From NCBI GenBank assembly GCA_021161425.1, contig JAGHAQ010000093.1, positions 1-62,858 of the forward strand: a stretch of 62,858 bases of DNA, written 5' to 3'. Positions 37,454 through 46,734 of this stretch are shown here, in pieces. Numbering within the stretch: the stretch's first letter is position 1; each line of letters starts with the position of its first letter. The translations under genes and the position numbers were made by a program. The DNA is from Candidatus Tharpella sp. GTDB taxonomy: Bacteria > Desulfobacterota > Anaeroferrophillalia > Anaeroferrophillales > Tharpellaceae. Under the pieces are notes generated by a model. That model was given only the letters and a program-made list of their open reading frames with translations, ran no database searches and was not told the origin of the DNA.

Positions 37454-38110
37454 TTAAGCAACCATACCAACAACCTGTTGCACCAATTTATCAATACCTA
37501 CAGCAATTTCCCGTAAACCGGGCCCCAGCATATAGGCCGGGGTTGTCACTAATCGGTTACGCTGATCAACGACTATATCATCAACCGGACATTCCTGATG
37601 CCGGGCCCCGAAAGATTCAAGCAGTTTTGCGGTCGCCAAATCATCGCCTATAGTTACCTCAGGCCGAAACACACCTAAAGCCCGGGCTAATACGGCCGGA
37701 GCGATACAGATTGCCCCAATCGGTTTTCCGGCCTTATGTATCTCCCGTAAGAGTCGCAAGACCTCGGGATAGACTTCGGCCTGAGCTCCGGCAACCGCGA
37801 AATCACATAAATTTTTCGCAGCTCCAAATCCGCCCGGTAGAATTACAGCATCGACATCAGCCGCCGAGATATCAGCCAGATCACTGATCTCTCCCCGGGC
37901 AATCCGGGCCGATTCAACCAGCACATTACGGGTCTCACTGACCGTTTCGCCGGAAAGATGGTTGACAACATCACGCTGCTCGATATTCGGCGCCATACAG
38001 AGACGCTCAACCCCAAGACGGTCCAAAGCCAGCATGGTTAAGACCGCTTCATGAATCTCCGAACCATCATTGACACCACAGCCCGACAACATAACTCCTA
38101 TTTTCGCCAT
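37454..38110 (-). CDS. elbB: ElbB-like DJ-1/PfpI-superfamily protein (glyoxalase / isoprenoid-biosynthesis associated)
   Basis: Contains MAKIGVMLSGCGVNDGSEIHEAVLTMLAL, ILPGGFGAAKNL and the GAICIAP nucleophile-elbow Cys. Confidence 0.85.
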   Translation of the reverse strand: MAKIGVMLSGCGVNDGSEIHEAVLTMLALDRLGVERLCMAPNIEQRDVVNHLSGETVSETRNVLVESARIARGEISDLADISAADVDAVILPGGFGAAKNLCDFAVAGAQAEVYPEVLRLLREIHKAGKPIGAICIAPAVLARALGVFRPEVTIGDDLATAKLLESFGARHQECPVDDIVVDQRNRLVTTPAYMLGPGLREIAVGIDKLVQQVVGMVA

Positions 38111-38194
38111 TACCCACTCCTTAAATATTATTATCGAAGGAAAAACAGGTTTTTCAACAATTTAAGATGCAAAAAGGTCAACATACTTTTAAAA

Positions 38195-38920
38195 CTAATC
38201 CAATTTTTCCGCTAAGTAAAGGGTAGCAATCCCAAAAGTTAAACTATGATAGCGGCACTGACGAAATCCAACCTCTTTGAGCCAACCGGAAAACTCATCC
38301 CGAGAAGGAAATTTTGCTACAGATTCGGGCAAGTAACGATAGGCGCTACGCCGGGCAAAGAGCCCGCCGACAAGTGGTAGAACCTTGAAAAAATAGAAAT
38401 TATAGAGGTTCCGTAACCAGGCTGCATGAGGCTGGGAAAACTCCAAGATGGCAAGACAACCATTCGGTTTCAGAACCCGATAGAATTCAGCCAATGCTTT
38501 TTTCTTGTCAACCACATTGCGAATCCCGAAGGCGATTGTCAAAAGATCAAAATCAGCCTCAAAAAAGGGAAGCACTTCAGCCGAAGCCGCTACCAGCTCA
38601 ATCCCGGCCTGGGCCCGATCAATCTTGACTTTGGCAAGATCAAGCATCGCCTGACTGAAATCAAGACCAACAATCCGGGCTCGGGGAGCTTTTTGCCGCA
38701 ACACCAAGCTAATGTCACCGGTGCCACAAGCAACATCGAGAATAGCGGCGGGCTCTTTCCATAATGCAATACGGGCAAGCGTACGCCGCCATCCTTGATC
38801 GATACCGAGACTTAAAAGACGATTAAGAAAGTCGTAACGCGGGGCAATCGCTGAAAACATATCACGTATCGCCCGAGCCCTATTTACCTCGTCAACATTC
38901 TTACTTTTATTGTCATCCAT
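38195..38920 (-). CDS. ubiE: Demethylmenaquinone / ubiquinone biosynthesis C-methyltransferase UbiE/MenG
   Basis: Contains YDFLNRLLSLGIDQGWRR, the SAM motif LDVACGTGD and FGIRNV. Confidence 0.92.
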   Translation of the reverse strand: MDDNKSKNVDEVNRARAIRDMFSAIAPRYDFLNRLLSLGIDQGWRRTLARIALWKEPAAILDVACGTGDISLVLRQKAPRARIVGLDFSQAMLDLAKVKIDRAQAGIELVAASAEVLPFFEADFDLLTIAFGIRNVVDKKKALAEFYRVLKPNGCLAILEFSQPHAAWLRNLYNFYFFKVLPLVGGLFARRSAYRYLPESVAKFPSRDEFSGWLKEVGFRQCRYHSLTFGIATLYLAEKLD

Positions 38921-38950
38921 AATAAATTATGCACTTAGCTCATTCAAAAG

Positions 38951-41590
38951 TCAAAAAGCACCATTGCCATCATCATCTTCGGGCTCTGATATGGGGCTAT
39001 CTTCAACCGCACACGTATCTTCTGGCGAATCATCTACAGCCAAAACTTCCTGTACTTCCAGAGCCTCGCCTCGCCCAGGCTCCAGGACTTCAGCGGCTTC
39101 CGCGGCATCCGCCATCTCCACGCGCTCCTGAAAACTTCGTTCAACCTCCACCCCTTCCGGCAGCAAAGCCACTGAAACCAAGCGCTCGTGCTCCTGATCG
39201 ATACGAAAAACCCTGACCCCCATGGTGTTGCGGCCAACCACCGAGATATCGGCGACCCGATTTCGGGTAATCTTGCCGGCATCGGTAATCATCATAATCT
39301 GATCGGCATCACCCGCTTTGAGAACGGCCACAACGCGTCCGTTTCTCTCGTTCACTTTAATCGTAATCACACCTTTGCCACCGCGTGAACGCATCGGGTA
39401 GTCTGCAATCGGACTCCGCTTACCAAAACCGTTTTCAGTAATCGTCAAAACCGTCGCCTCCTCCCCGGAGAAGATCTCAAGACCTACAAGCTGATCATCG
39501 GCCGCCATACGGCAGCCGATCACCCCTTGCGAAAGCCGACCGGTAGACCGCATTTTAGAAACCGGAAAATGGATTGCCTGCCCTTGGCTCGTACCAAGCA
39601 AGATCGAATCACTCTCACGAGCAATCTTGGCGGCAATCATCTCATCACCTTCCCTCAGTGTAATACAGCGAATCCCGCTCCTCCTGATTTTTTCCAAAGA
39701 GGCGAGATCGAGTTTTTTAATAAGCCCGGAACGGGTCGTCATGATGATAAAGCTATCTTCGGCGAACTCCCTTAAGGCCAGCACCGCGGAGATCTCTTCC
39801 CCCTCCCCAAGCTGTAGAAGGTTAACCAGAGCCTTGCCCCGCGAAGTCGTGCCGCCTTCGGGCGCCTGATAGACTTTGAGACGGAAGGCCCGGCCCTGGT
39901 TGCTGAAAAAGGTCAGGTAGTCATGGGTCGAAGCCACAAACATGCGTTGCACGAAGTCCCCTTCTCGAGTCTCCATGCCAAGTCGACCACCAGCCCCGCG
40001 ATTATAGCTGCGATAGGTATTAAGTGCGGTCCTTTTGATATATCCCTGACGCGAGATGGTAACCACCATCTCCTCCTCTTCAATCAGATCCTCAATCTGC
40101 AATTCACTGCCGTCATCAACAATTTCGCAGCGACGCTCGTCGCCATAGGCGTCACGAATCTCTTTAAGTTCCGTAACGATAATCTCTAAAACCAGCTTCT
40201 CGCTGTCCAGAATCTCTTCAAGCTGGACAATCAGGGCGGTTACTTCAGCATGTTCCTGAATAATTTTATCCCTCTCCATGCCGGTCAGGCGCTGGAGTTT
40301 AAGATCAAGAATCGCCTGCGCTTGACGTGACGTAAAACTAAAACGAGACTGCAGTTCCTCCCGGGCTATCGCCGGTGAGGCCGCGGCCCGAATGATCTCA
40401 ATAACCTCGTCAAGATTATCAAGAGCAAGCTTGAAACCAGCCAGCAGATGGAGACGCTCCCGAGCTCGGGCCAGCTCAAAAGCGGTCCGCCGGCGCACAA
40501 CATCCTTGCGATGCTCAATAAAGTGAACCAGCATCTCTTTAAGATTTAAAACCAATGGGCGCCGGTCAACGATCGCCAGTAAGGTAATCCCGAAAGAGGT
40601 CTGCATATTGGTCTGTTTAAAAAGCTGATTAAGAACGATCTCCCCTTGCGAGTCGCGTTTTATTTCAATAACGATCCGCATCCCCTGACGATCGGACTCA
40701 TCACGCAGATCTGATATCCCGAGCAGCTTTTTATGGCGAACGAGCTCGGCCATCTTCTCAAGCATCTTGGCCTTATTGACCTGATAGGGAATTTCAGTAA
40801 CAATAATCCGTTCACGACCACTTTTTTTGTCGGTCTCAACTTCGGCTCGGGCTCTAAGCCGAACAATTCCACGCCCGGTCATATAGGCGGAGGCAATTCC
40901 CTCACGCCCATAAATAAACCCACCGGTCGGAAAATCGGGACCCGGAATATGAGCCATGAGATCGACAACCGAGACTTCAGGGTTCTCAATACAGTTGATC
41001 AGAGCGTTGACCACCTCAACAAGGTTATGGGGCGGAATATTAGTTGCCATCCCGACCGCGATTCCGGTCGAGCCGTTAACCAGAAGATTGGGAAAACGAG
41101 CTGGTAGAACCAGCGGCTCCATAAGGGATTCATCATAGTTACTGTCGAAATCGACCGTATCTTTGTTGATATCGGCCAACATTTCACCGGCCAGACGAGC
41201 CATTCTGATTTCAGTATAACGCATTGCTGCCGGGGCATCACCGTCAACCGAACCAAAGTTCCCCTGCCCGTCAACCAACGGATAACGCAAAGAAAATTCC
41301 TGGGCCATCCGAACAATAGTATCGTAGACCGCACTATCTCCGTGCGGGTGGTATTTACCGATAACATCACCGACTACGCGAGCCGATTTTTTGTAAGCTT
41401 TGTTCCAGGCGTTGCCAAGATCATGCATGGCGAAGAGTACCCGGCGATGAACCGGTTTCAAACCATCCCTGACATCGGGCAGGGCCCGGCCGATGATAAC
41501 ACTCATGGCATAGGCGAGGTATGAGCTTTTCATCTCATCCTCAATATTAACCGGCATCAACTCCGGCAGTAGAACCTCAGTTGATTCCAT
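38951..41590 (-). CDS. gyrA: DNA gyrase subunit A
   Basis: 879 aa. Contains [16 protein letters not shown], the QRDR region [13 protein letters not shown], active-site AAMRYTE, beta-pinwheel repeats and an acidic tail. Confidence 0.97.
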   Translation of the reverse strand: MESTEVLLPELMPVNIEDEMKSSYLAYAMSVIIGRALPDVRDGLKPVHRRVLFAMHDLGNAWNKAYKKSARVVGDVIGKYHPHGDSAVYDTIVRMAQEFSLRYPLVDGQGNFGSVDGDAPAAMRYTEIRMARLAGEMLADINKDTVDFDSNYDESLMEPLVLPARFPNLLVNGSTGIAVGMATNIPPHNLVEVVNALINCIENPEVSVVDLMAHIPGPDFPTGGFIYGREGIASAYMTGRGIVRLRARAEVETDKKSGRERIIVTEIPYQVNKAKMLEKMAELVRHKKLLGISDLRDESDRQGMRIVIEIKRDSQGEIVLNQLFKQTNMQTSFGITLLAIVDRRPLVLNLKEMLVHFIEHRKDVVRRRTAFELARARERLHLLAGFKLALDNLDEVIEIIRAAASPAIAREELQSRFSFTSRQAQAILDLKLQRLTGMERDKIIQEHAEVTALIVQLEEILDSEKLVLEIIVTELKEIRDAYGDERRCEIVDDGSELQIEDLIEEEEMVVTISRQGYIKRTALNTYRSYNRGAGGRLGMETREGDFVQRMFVASTHDYLTFFSNQGRAFRLKVYQAPEGGTTSRGKALVNLLQLGEGEEISAVLALREFAEDSFIIMTTRSGLIKKLDLASLEKIRRSGIRCITLREGDEMIAAKIARESDSILLGTSQGQAIHFPVSKMRSTGRLSQGVIGCRMAADDQLVGLEIFSGEEATVLTITENGFGKRSPIADYPMRSRGGKGVITIKVNERNGRVVAVLKAGDADQIMMITDAGKITRNRVADISVVGRNTMGVRVFRIDQEHERLVSVALLPEGVEVERSFQERVEMADAAEAAEVLEPGRGEALEVQEVLAVDDSPEDTCAVEDSPISEPEDDDGNGAF

Positions 41591-41630
41591 AGATATCTCC
41601 CTTTTTAACTATTTTCCTATTTTCTTATTT

Positions 41631-42437
41631 TTATTTCAAGCCTAAAACGTCCTGCATATCGTAAAGACCAGGTTCGCGACCGGCAAGCCAGAGTGCGGCA
41701 CGCACGGCTCCAGAGGCGAAGTTGTCCCGCGAATGGGCCCGATGGATGACTTCAAGACGTTCACCCATACCCCCAAACATTACTGTATGTTCGCCGACGA
41801 TATCCCCGGCCCGCAAAGTCTGCATGCCAATTTCGCGATGTGTCCTTTCGCCGATAAATCCCTGCCGGGCAAAAACAGCGTCTTTCTCATAATCACGACC
41901 TAAGGTCTCGGCGACGATCTCCCCCAAACGTACAGCCGTCCCGCTGGGAGCATCTTTTTTTAAACGATGGTGAGCTTCAAGGATTTCAACATCAAAGTCC
42001 TCCCCTAAAATGGCTGCCACTTCAGCCACAACCTTAAAGAGAACATTAACCCCAACACTCATATTAGGAGCAAAGACAAGCGGAATTTTACGAGCCGCCG
42101 CGGCCAATAAACCACGCTCCTCAAGACTCATACCGGTAGTCCCGATAACCATAGCGACCTGCTCGGCCACGGCCCACTCGAGATTGGCAAGAGTCGCTTG
42201 CGGAGCGGTAAAATCTATCATCACTTGAACGCCACTACCGGCAAGCTCTTTCAAACTACCGACCAGAGGCACCCCCAGTCGACCGATGCCGGCAACCTCC
42301 CCTGCATCTTTTCCCAAAAAAGGATGCTCTGAATACTCCAGAGCGCCTACAATTTCAGCCTCTGCCTGAGCATTAACCAGGTCAACAAGCCGTTTACCCA
42401 TACGTCCGGCAGCACCGGCGACAACAACAGAGCGCAT
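41631..42437 (-). CDS. dapB: 4-hydroxy-tetrahydrodipicolinate reductase
   Basis: Contains VVVAGAAGRMG, the EAHHRLKKDAPSGTA motif and RAGDIVGEHTV. The ATG at 42437 is preceded by GGGAG (the start at 42440 is TTG). Confidence 0.94.
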   Translation of the reverse strand: MRSVVVAGAAGRMGKRLVDLVNAQAEAEIVGALEYSEHPFLGKDAGEVAGIGRLGVPLVGSLKELAGSGVQVMIDFTAPQATLANLEWAVAEQVAMVIGTTGMSLEERGLLAAAARKIPLVFAPNMSVGVNVLFKVVAEVAAILGEDFDVEILEAHHRLKKDAPSGTAVRLGEIVAETLGRDYEKDAVFARQGFIGERTHREIGMQTLRAGDIVGEHTVMFGGMGERLEVIHRAHSRDNFASGAVRAALWLAGREPGLYDMQDVLGLK

Positions 42438-42641
42438 CAAGATTCTCCCTTAAAATTCAGATATTTCAACGTCTCGAAAAAACGGTGCCAATTATATAAA
42501 AAAGGGCTAAAAAAGTCAACCAATAGTTACGATTTCAGGGGGCTGACAGCAGCTGTCAGTCGACAGTTTTTACTGCCACTGCTCTCTGATTTAAACACAC
42601 CACCAATAGATACGGGCCCCGGGCCGCCCGAGCTCCAACAT

Positions 42642-42854
42642 TCATCCGACGACCACGGCCGGGTTCACAGGAGAGCACCCTGCAACCCGGTTCAGCCCAA
42701 TCAGATAGTAACCACCATCATGAGCCGGGCCGAAAACCAGATCAGTTTTCGATGCAAGTGCCTTAGCATCCGCATCCAAAACCGGAATCAGACGAGTTTT
42801 CGTCTGACCGGGTCGCGGATAACGGGTAAAAAGGAGTAAGGTTACATTAGACAT
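42642..42854 (-). pseudogene. Remnant of a DUF2064-type (glycosyltransferase-like) gene with a large internal deletion and C-terminal truncation
   Basis: The 70-aa ORF joins an N-terminal signature (LLLFTRYPRPGQTKTRLIPVL) directly to a late-domain signature (LVFGPAHDGGYYLIGL). In full-length family members of about 200 aa these lie about 100 residues apart. Confidence 0.6.
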
Positions 42855-43860
42855 AAAGGTTTAGATACATTCTACACTCACAATAAGTTGCGGGATGACT
42901 AAGCAAAAAGTCCTCGAAAAGATAATATTCCAGCCACTCCCGTTTTGGGGCTCAGATCCCAGAGAGAACTGAGCATGTAGCTTGTTTTTCATGAACAACA
43001 AAATTTTCTTCCGATAATTGTGTTTTTTCAGTCACAATTGTTGGATAAGACGAAACTTTTAACCACTTTTTAGTGCTATTAGACGAAACTTCTTAAACGA
43101 ACACACCTTTCGACAAGCCCAAACCATTCGTCAGACCCGTAACATTTCAGTTACTCCGGGAAGTATTACCAGCTCTCCAACTCTTTTGACAGATCTTTTA
43201 AAATGTAGCTATTGTGGTGCTCGTCTGACTTTAGCCACCGACAAAAGCGGGAAATATAGATATTACAAATGCACAACCAGAATCAAAAAAGGAAATACAA
43301 CTTGCATAAGCAAAAACCTTCCTATGAAAAAACTGGATTCCGCAGTCCTTCATTGTTTCGCTGAATCTGTCATTACTCCACACCGAGTTAAAACATTACT
43401 CAGTGAACTCAATACCCGTTGCAAACAAGAAAATATGACCGAAAAGCAAGAATCAAAGAAACTCAAAAGAGAACTATCCAAACTCGAAGAACGAAGAAAT
43501 CGCCTAAATGAAGCTATTACAGAAGGAATTTTACCCATTGACACCTCAACCAAGGAGTTAGCTCATCAATTACAAGCAAAACGTCAAGAGATTCTGGCCA
43601 GCATTGCAGGAATCAACAGAAAGCAGAGCTTTCCCTTAACCAAAATTGACAAGCACAAGATAGAACTGTTTTGCTCTGCCATTCAAGAAAAAATCCTCGA
43701 TAAATCGGCAAATTTCGGCAAAGGGTATTTACAGTTATTAGTTGATGAAATTTTAGTAACCGGAAATGAGATAAAAATGAGGGGTAAAAAGGCTACACTT
43801 GCAGGCACTATAACAAAAATGGGCACCCTTGGAAAAGGAGTGCCCATTATCGTTGATGCT
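42855..43860. mobile_element. Degenerate remnant of an integrated element abutting the 3' end of tRNA-Asn
   Basis: Visibly A+T-rich and largely ORF-free. It carries only the C-terminal part of a large serine recombinase. No intact catalytic domain and no second att repeat were found. Confidence 0.45.
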
Positions 43861-43902
43861 TGGCTCCCCGGGACGGGCTCGAACCGCCGACCTAGTGGTT
43901 AA
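43063..43902 (+). pseudogene. 5'-truncated large serine recombinase (zinc-ribbon + coiled-coil C-terminal part only)
   Basis: The open frame from 43063 reads ...NEHTFRQAQTIRQTR...LLTDLLKCSYCGARLT...YYKCTTR...NTTC (recombinase zinc beta-ribbon), then a coiled coil and LVDEILV. The resolvase catalytic domain is absent (stop at 43060, no upstream ORF). The last 14 codons are the antisense of tRNA-Asn. Confidence 0.7.
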
Positions 43903-43936
43903 CAGCCACCCGCTCTACCGACTGAGCTACCGAGGA
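43861..43936 (-). tRNA. tRNA-Asn (anticodon GUU), CCA encoded
   Basis: The reverse complement is TCCTCGGTAGCTCAGTCGGTAGAGCGGGTGGCTGTTAACCACTAGGTCGGCGGTTCGAGCCCGTCCCGGGGAGCCA. Acceptor TCCTCGG/CCGGGGA has one G-T. Anticodon loop CTGTTAA. Confidence 0.9.
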
Positions 43937-43949
43937 ACAAAGTGAGGGC

Positions 43950-43978
43950 CTTATAGCTTAGAGGGGTTGGGCTGTCAA
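43950..43978 (-). promoter_or_regulatory. Putative sigma70 promoter of tRNA-Asn
   Basis: Minus strand TTGACA-17 nt-TATAAG, with the -10 element ending 13 nt before the mature tRNA 5' end. Confidence 0.55.
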
Positions 43979-43997
43979 GTTTTTTTTGCTGGCTTTA

Positions 43998-44738
43998 TCA
44001 ATCCCGAGAACGACCTACCAAACGAACCGCAATCACGAAAAAAAGAGCTCCGATAACAGCCAACAAAAGGTAAGGGAAAAACCCTGGATTCTCTTTCATA
44101 AGTGATGTCCTGATAGCCGTTGAAGCATGGGTCAAAGGAAGCAAGGTCAACGGTTTCTGAATCCATACAGGCAATCTCTCCAAAGGAAAAAAAGTACCAC
44201 CGAGAAAAGCCATCGGAGTAATAAAGAAGTTGGAGAGCATGGCTTGATCGGCATGCGACCTGACAACCATGGCCAGGCCGACCGCCAAAGAGGCAAAAAC
44301 AAAACTGTTAAGGATGGTTCCACACCAAAAAAGAGGGTTGTAGTAGGCCAGCGAAACCCCGAAAGGAAAACCGATCACTATAATAATAAGAACCGAGATA
44401 TGGGCTCGGGTCATGCCGGCCAGGACTTCACCGGCGACATAGGCCGAGCTGCTGATCGGAGCAGCCTGAAACTCTTCAAAAATATGAAAGTAAAAACGGG
44501 CAATATTGATTTCACTCGAGATCGCGAAAGCTTGGATCATCGTACTCATGGCGATCAGACCGGGAAGCAGGAAATCAACATAACTATGTCCATCGACCAC
44601 CTGCTGCCCCCCCATAGCATAACCAAAGGCAACCATATAGAGCAAGGGTGAAACCGCCATCGAAGGCAGCATGCGCGGCAGACGACGACGCATGACCAGC
44701 ATCTCCCGATAGTAAATAGCGAACCAACCACGAAGCAT
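43998..44738 (-). CDS. ABC-2-type transporter permease (no adjacent ATPase)
   Basis: Six predicted TM segments. N-terminus MLRGWFAIYYREMLVMRRR... is typical of ABC-2 permeases. Alternative ATGs at 44792/44789 would add 18 aa. Confidence 0.8.
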   Translation of the reverse strand: MLRGWFAIYYREMLVMRRRLPRMLPSMAVSPLLYMVAFGYAMGGQQVVDGHSYVDFLLPGLIAMSTMIQAFAISSEINIARFYFHIFEEFQAAPISSSAYVAGEVLAGMTRAHISVLIIIVIGFPFGVSLAYYNPLFWCGTILNSFVFASLAVGLAMVVRSHADQAMLSNFFITPMAFLGGTFFPLERLPVWIQKPLTLLPLTHASTAIRTSLMKENPGFFPYLLLAVIGALFFVIAVRLVGRSRD

Positions 44739-44874
44739 AGAACACCTACAACCGAACAAGCCGGAGATTAATATACAAAAACAAAGCATCATCCGATGCC
44801 TTCACCACTATACCAGACTATACCGTTGCACAAAAATCTTCAACCAGAAAAGCTTCATGATAAACTCTTAAAAG

Positions 44875-44904
44875 TTGACAAGCCAGCAGGCAATTGAGTA
44901 TGTA
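44875..44904 (+). promoter_or_regulatory. Putative sigma70 promoter of the enoyl-CoA hydratase gene
   Basis: TTGACA-18 nt-TATGTA, about 95 nt upstream of the ATG at 45000. Pattern match only. Confidence 0.3.
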
Positions 44905-44999
44905 TGTGTCGCGAAGATAGCCCTCTATTATAATTACCCAGGTGTAGCCTACCTACCGATTTGTTTGGTGCGGTTTTGCCGGAAAAGGATTTTAAGACT

Positions 45000-45791
45000 A
45001 TGAAAAAATCAGTGACGATTGAAAAAAATGATGGCTATGCCCGTCTGCGACTTAATCAACCGGAAAAGGCCAATGCCTACAGTGCGACGATGGCCAAAGA
45101 TCTCTGGGATGCCGTCCGCACTCTGCGTTGGGATGACGAGGTTAAAACCGTACTTCTGGAAGCCGAAGGGCCGATATTTTCAGGTGGCGGAGACCTTATG
45201 AGTTTTCAGCAAAGCCTTGACAACGGCAATATTACCGACACCATCGAAGAGCTCTCGGCTACCTTAAATGCCACGGCTTTGGCTTTGCGCCGCATGGAAA
45301 AGATATTTGTCTCGCTGATTGACGGGGTTTGTGCCGGAGCCGGCGTAGGTTTGGCCCTGGCGGCTGATATCAGTCTGGCCACAGAGAATGCTCTCTTTGT
45401 CGCCGGCTATATCGGTATCGGCGCGGTTCCCGACGGAGGCAGCAGTTTTGCCGTTATCGAGGCCCTGGGCCGCCCGCGGGCAGCTGATTTCTTTCTCAAT
45501 AATGGCCGTATAGACGGAGCCAAAGCTGCCGAAATCGGCCTCGTCAGCCGTTTTGTCAAGAGCAGCGAAGCTCAGGAAGAGGCCCTTAAACTGGTCCGTA
45601 CTTTAAGTCGCGGACCACGCCGCGCCCAGGCCTTAACCAAAGATTTATTGTCGAAAACGCCGGGACTCTCACTGGCTGAATATCTTGAAAATGAACGTCA
45701 GGGAATCATTACCGCATCCGGAACCCAAGATTTCAAAATCGGAGTCGGCTCTTTTCTGAAAAAAGAAAAACCCGAGTTCTGTGGCGAGTGA
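45000..45791 (+). CDS. Enoyl-CoA hydratase/isomerase (crotonase) family protein
   Basis: Contains [17 protein letters not shown] and [16 protein letters not shown] oxyanion-hole motifs. ATG at 45000 (the ORF-track start at 44961 is TTG). Confidence 0.88.
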   Translation: MKKSVTIEKNDGYARLRLNQPEKANAYSATMAKDLWDAVRTLRWDDEVKTVLLEAEGPIFSGGGDLMSFQQSLDNGNITDTIEELSATLNATALALRRMEKIFVSLIDGVCAGAGVGLALAADISLATENALFVAGYIGIGAVPDGGSSFAVIEALGRPRAADFFLNNGRIDGAKAAEIGLVSRFVKSSEAQEEALKLVRTLSRGPRRAQALTKDLLSKTPGLSLAEYLENERQGIITASGTQDFKIGVGSFLKKEKPEFCGE

Positions 45792-45810
45792 GAAAGGAGT
45801 AAGACCAGAC

Positions 45811-46691
45811 ATGTCTGTAACTAAAGGAATTATTCTGGCCGGCGGAGCCGGCAGCCGACTCTACCCACTCTCAAAAGTGGCGAGCAAGCAGTTAATGCCG
45901 ATTTACGACAAACCCATGATCTACTACCCATTGTCAACCATCATGATGGCCGGCATCCGCGAGGTCCTGATCATCTCAACCCCCCATGATCTGCCACGCT
46001 TTAGAGATCTTTTAGGCGACGGCTCAGAGCTTGGCATCGAGATCTCCTACACAGTCCAGGAAAAACCCGAAGGCATTGCCCAGGCTTTTATCCTGGGTCG
46101 CGAGTTCATCGACCGACAACCGGTATGCCTGATTCTCGGTGATAACATCTTCTATGGAAAATACCTTTTCCTTGAACCGATTCGCAACTTTTCCAGCGGA
46201 GCCCTGATCTACGGTTACTATGTCAAAGACCCGGAACGCTATGGCGTGGTTGAATTCGACCGGGCTGGACAAGCCCTCAGCCTAGAAGAGAAACCTAAGC
46301 AACCAAAGTCGAATTTCGCGGTCCCCGGCCTTATGTCTACGACCATCAAGTTGCTGATCTCGCCGCCGCGATGCAGCCTTCGGCCCGCGGTGAACTGGAA
46401 ATCACCGACCTTAACCTCATCTATCTCGAAAAAAACGAGCTCAATGTCAGAAAGATCGGGCGCGGGGTTGCCTGGCTCGATACCGGCACTCACCAGAGCC
46501 TGCTCGAAGCGAGTCACTTCATCGGGACCCTGGAGCAACGCCAGGGTTTAAAATTCGGTTGTCTTGAAGAGGTTGCCTGGCGCATGGGTTTTATTGACCG
46601 GAATGGCCTGGAAAATGCCCTGCAAAAGATTCCGAACTGCCCTTACCGTGACTATCTCGAGGATATTTTACGGGAAGAGAGAGAAGTCTAA
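45811..46691 (+). pseudogene. rfbA: Glucose-1-phosphate thymidylyltransferase RfbA/RmlA, disrupted by a 1-nt deletion near 46330-46332
   Basis: The first frame gives [17 protein letters not shown]...[14 protein letters not shown], then goes out of family. The other frame continues [28 protein letters not shown]...[10 protein letters not shown]...[14 protein letters not shown]. The sequence reads GGCCTTATGTC where GGCCTTTATGTC would restore GLYVYD. Confidence 0.8.
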
Positions 46692-46734
46692 AACAATAAC
46701 GTTCAAGGCCGCCTCAAGAAGGACAATAATAATC

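Noticed and set aside
42605-42640. Possible attR-like direct repeat of the tRNA-Asn 3' end (ACGGGCCCCGGGCCGCCCGAGCTCC)
   Set aside because: Only CCCCGGG is shared with the tRNA 3' segment. The rest does not align.
44127-44651. 174-aa ORF on the plus strand
   Set aside because: Antisense to the ABC-2 permease, with a hydrophilic low-complexity translation.
46564-46734. N-terminal extension of the rfbB ORF
   Set aside because: It overlaps the rfbA 3' end in another frame. MKNILVTGGLGFIGS at 46735 is the canonical start.
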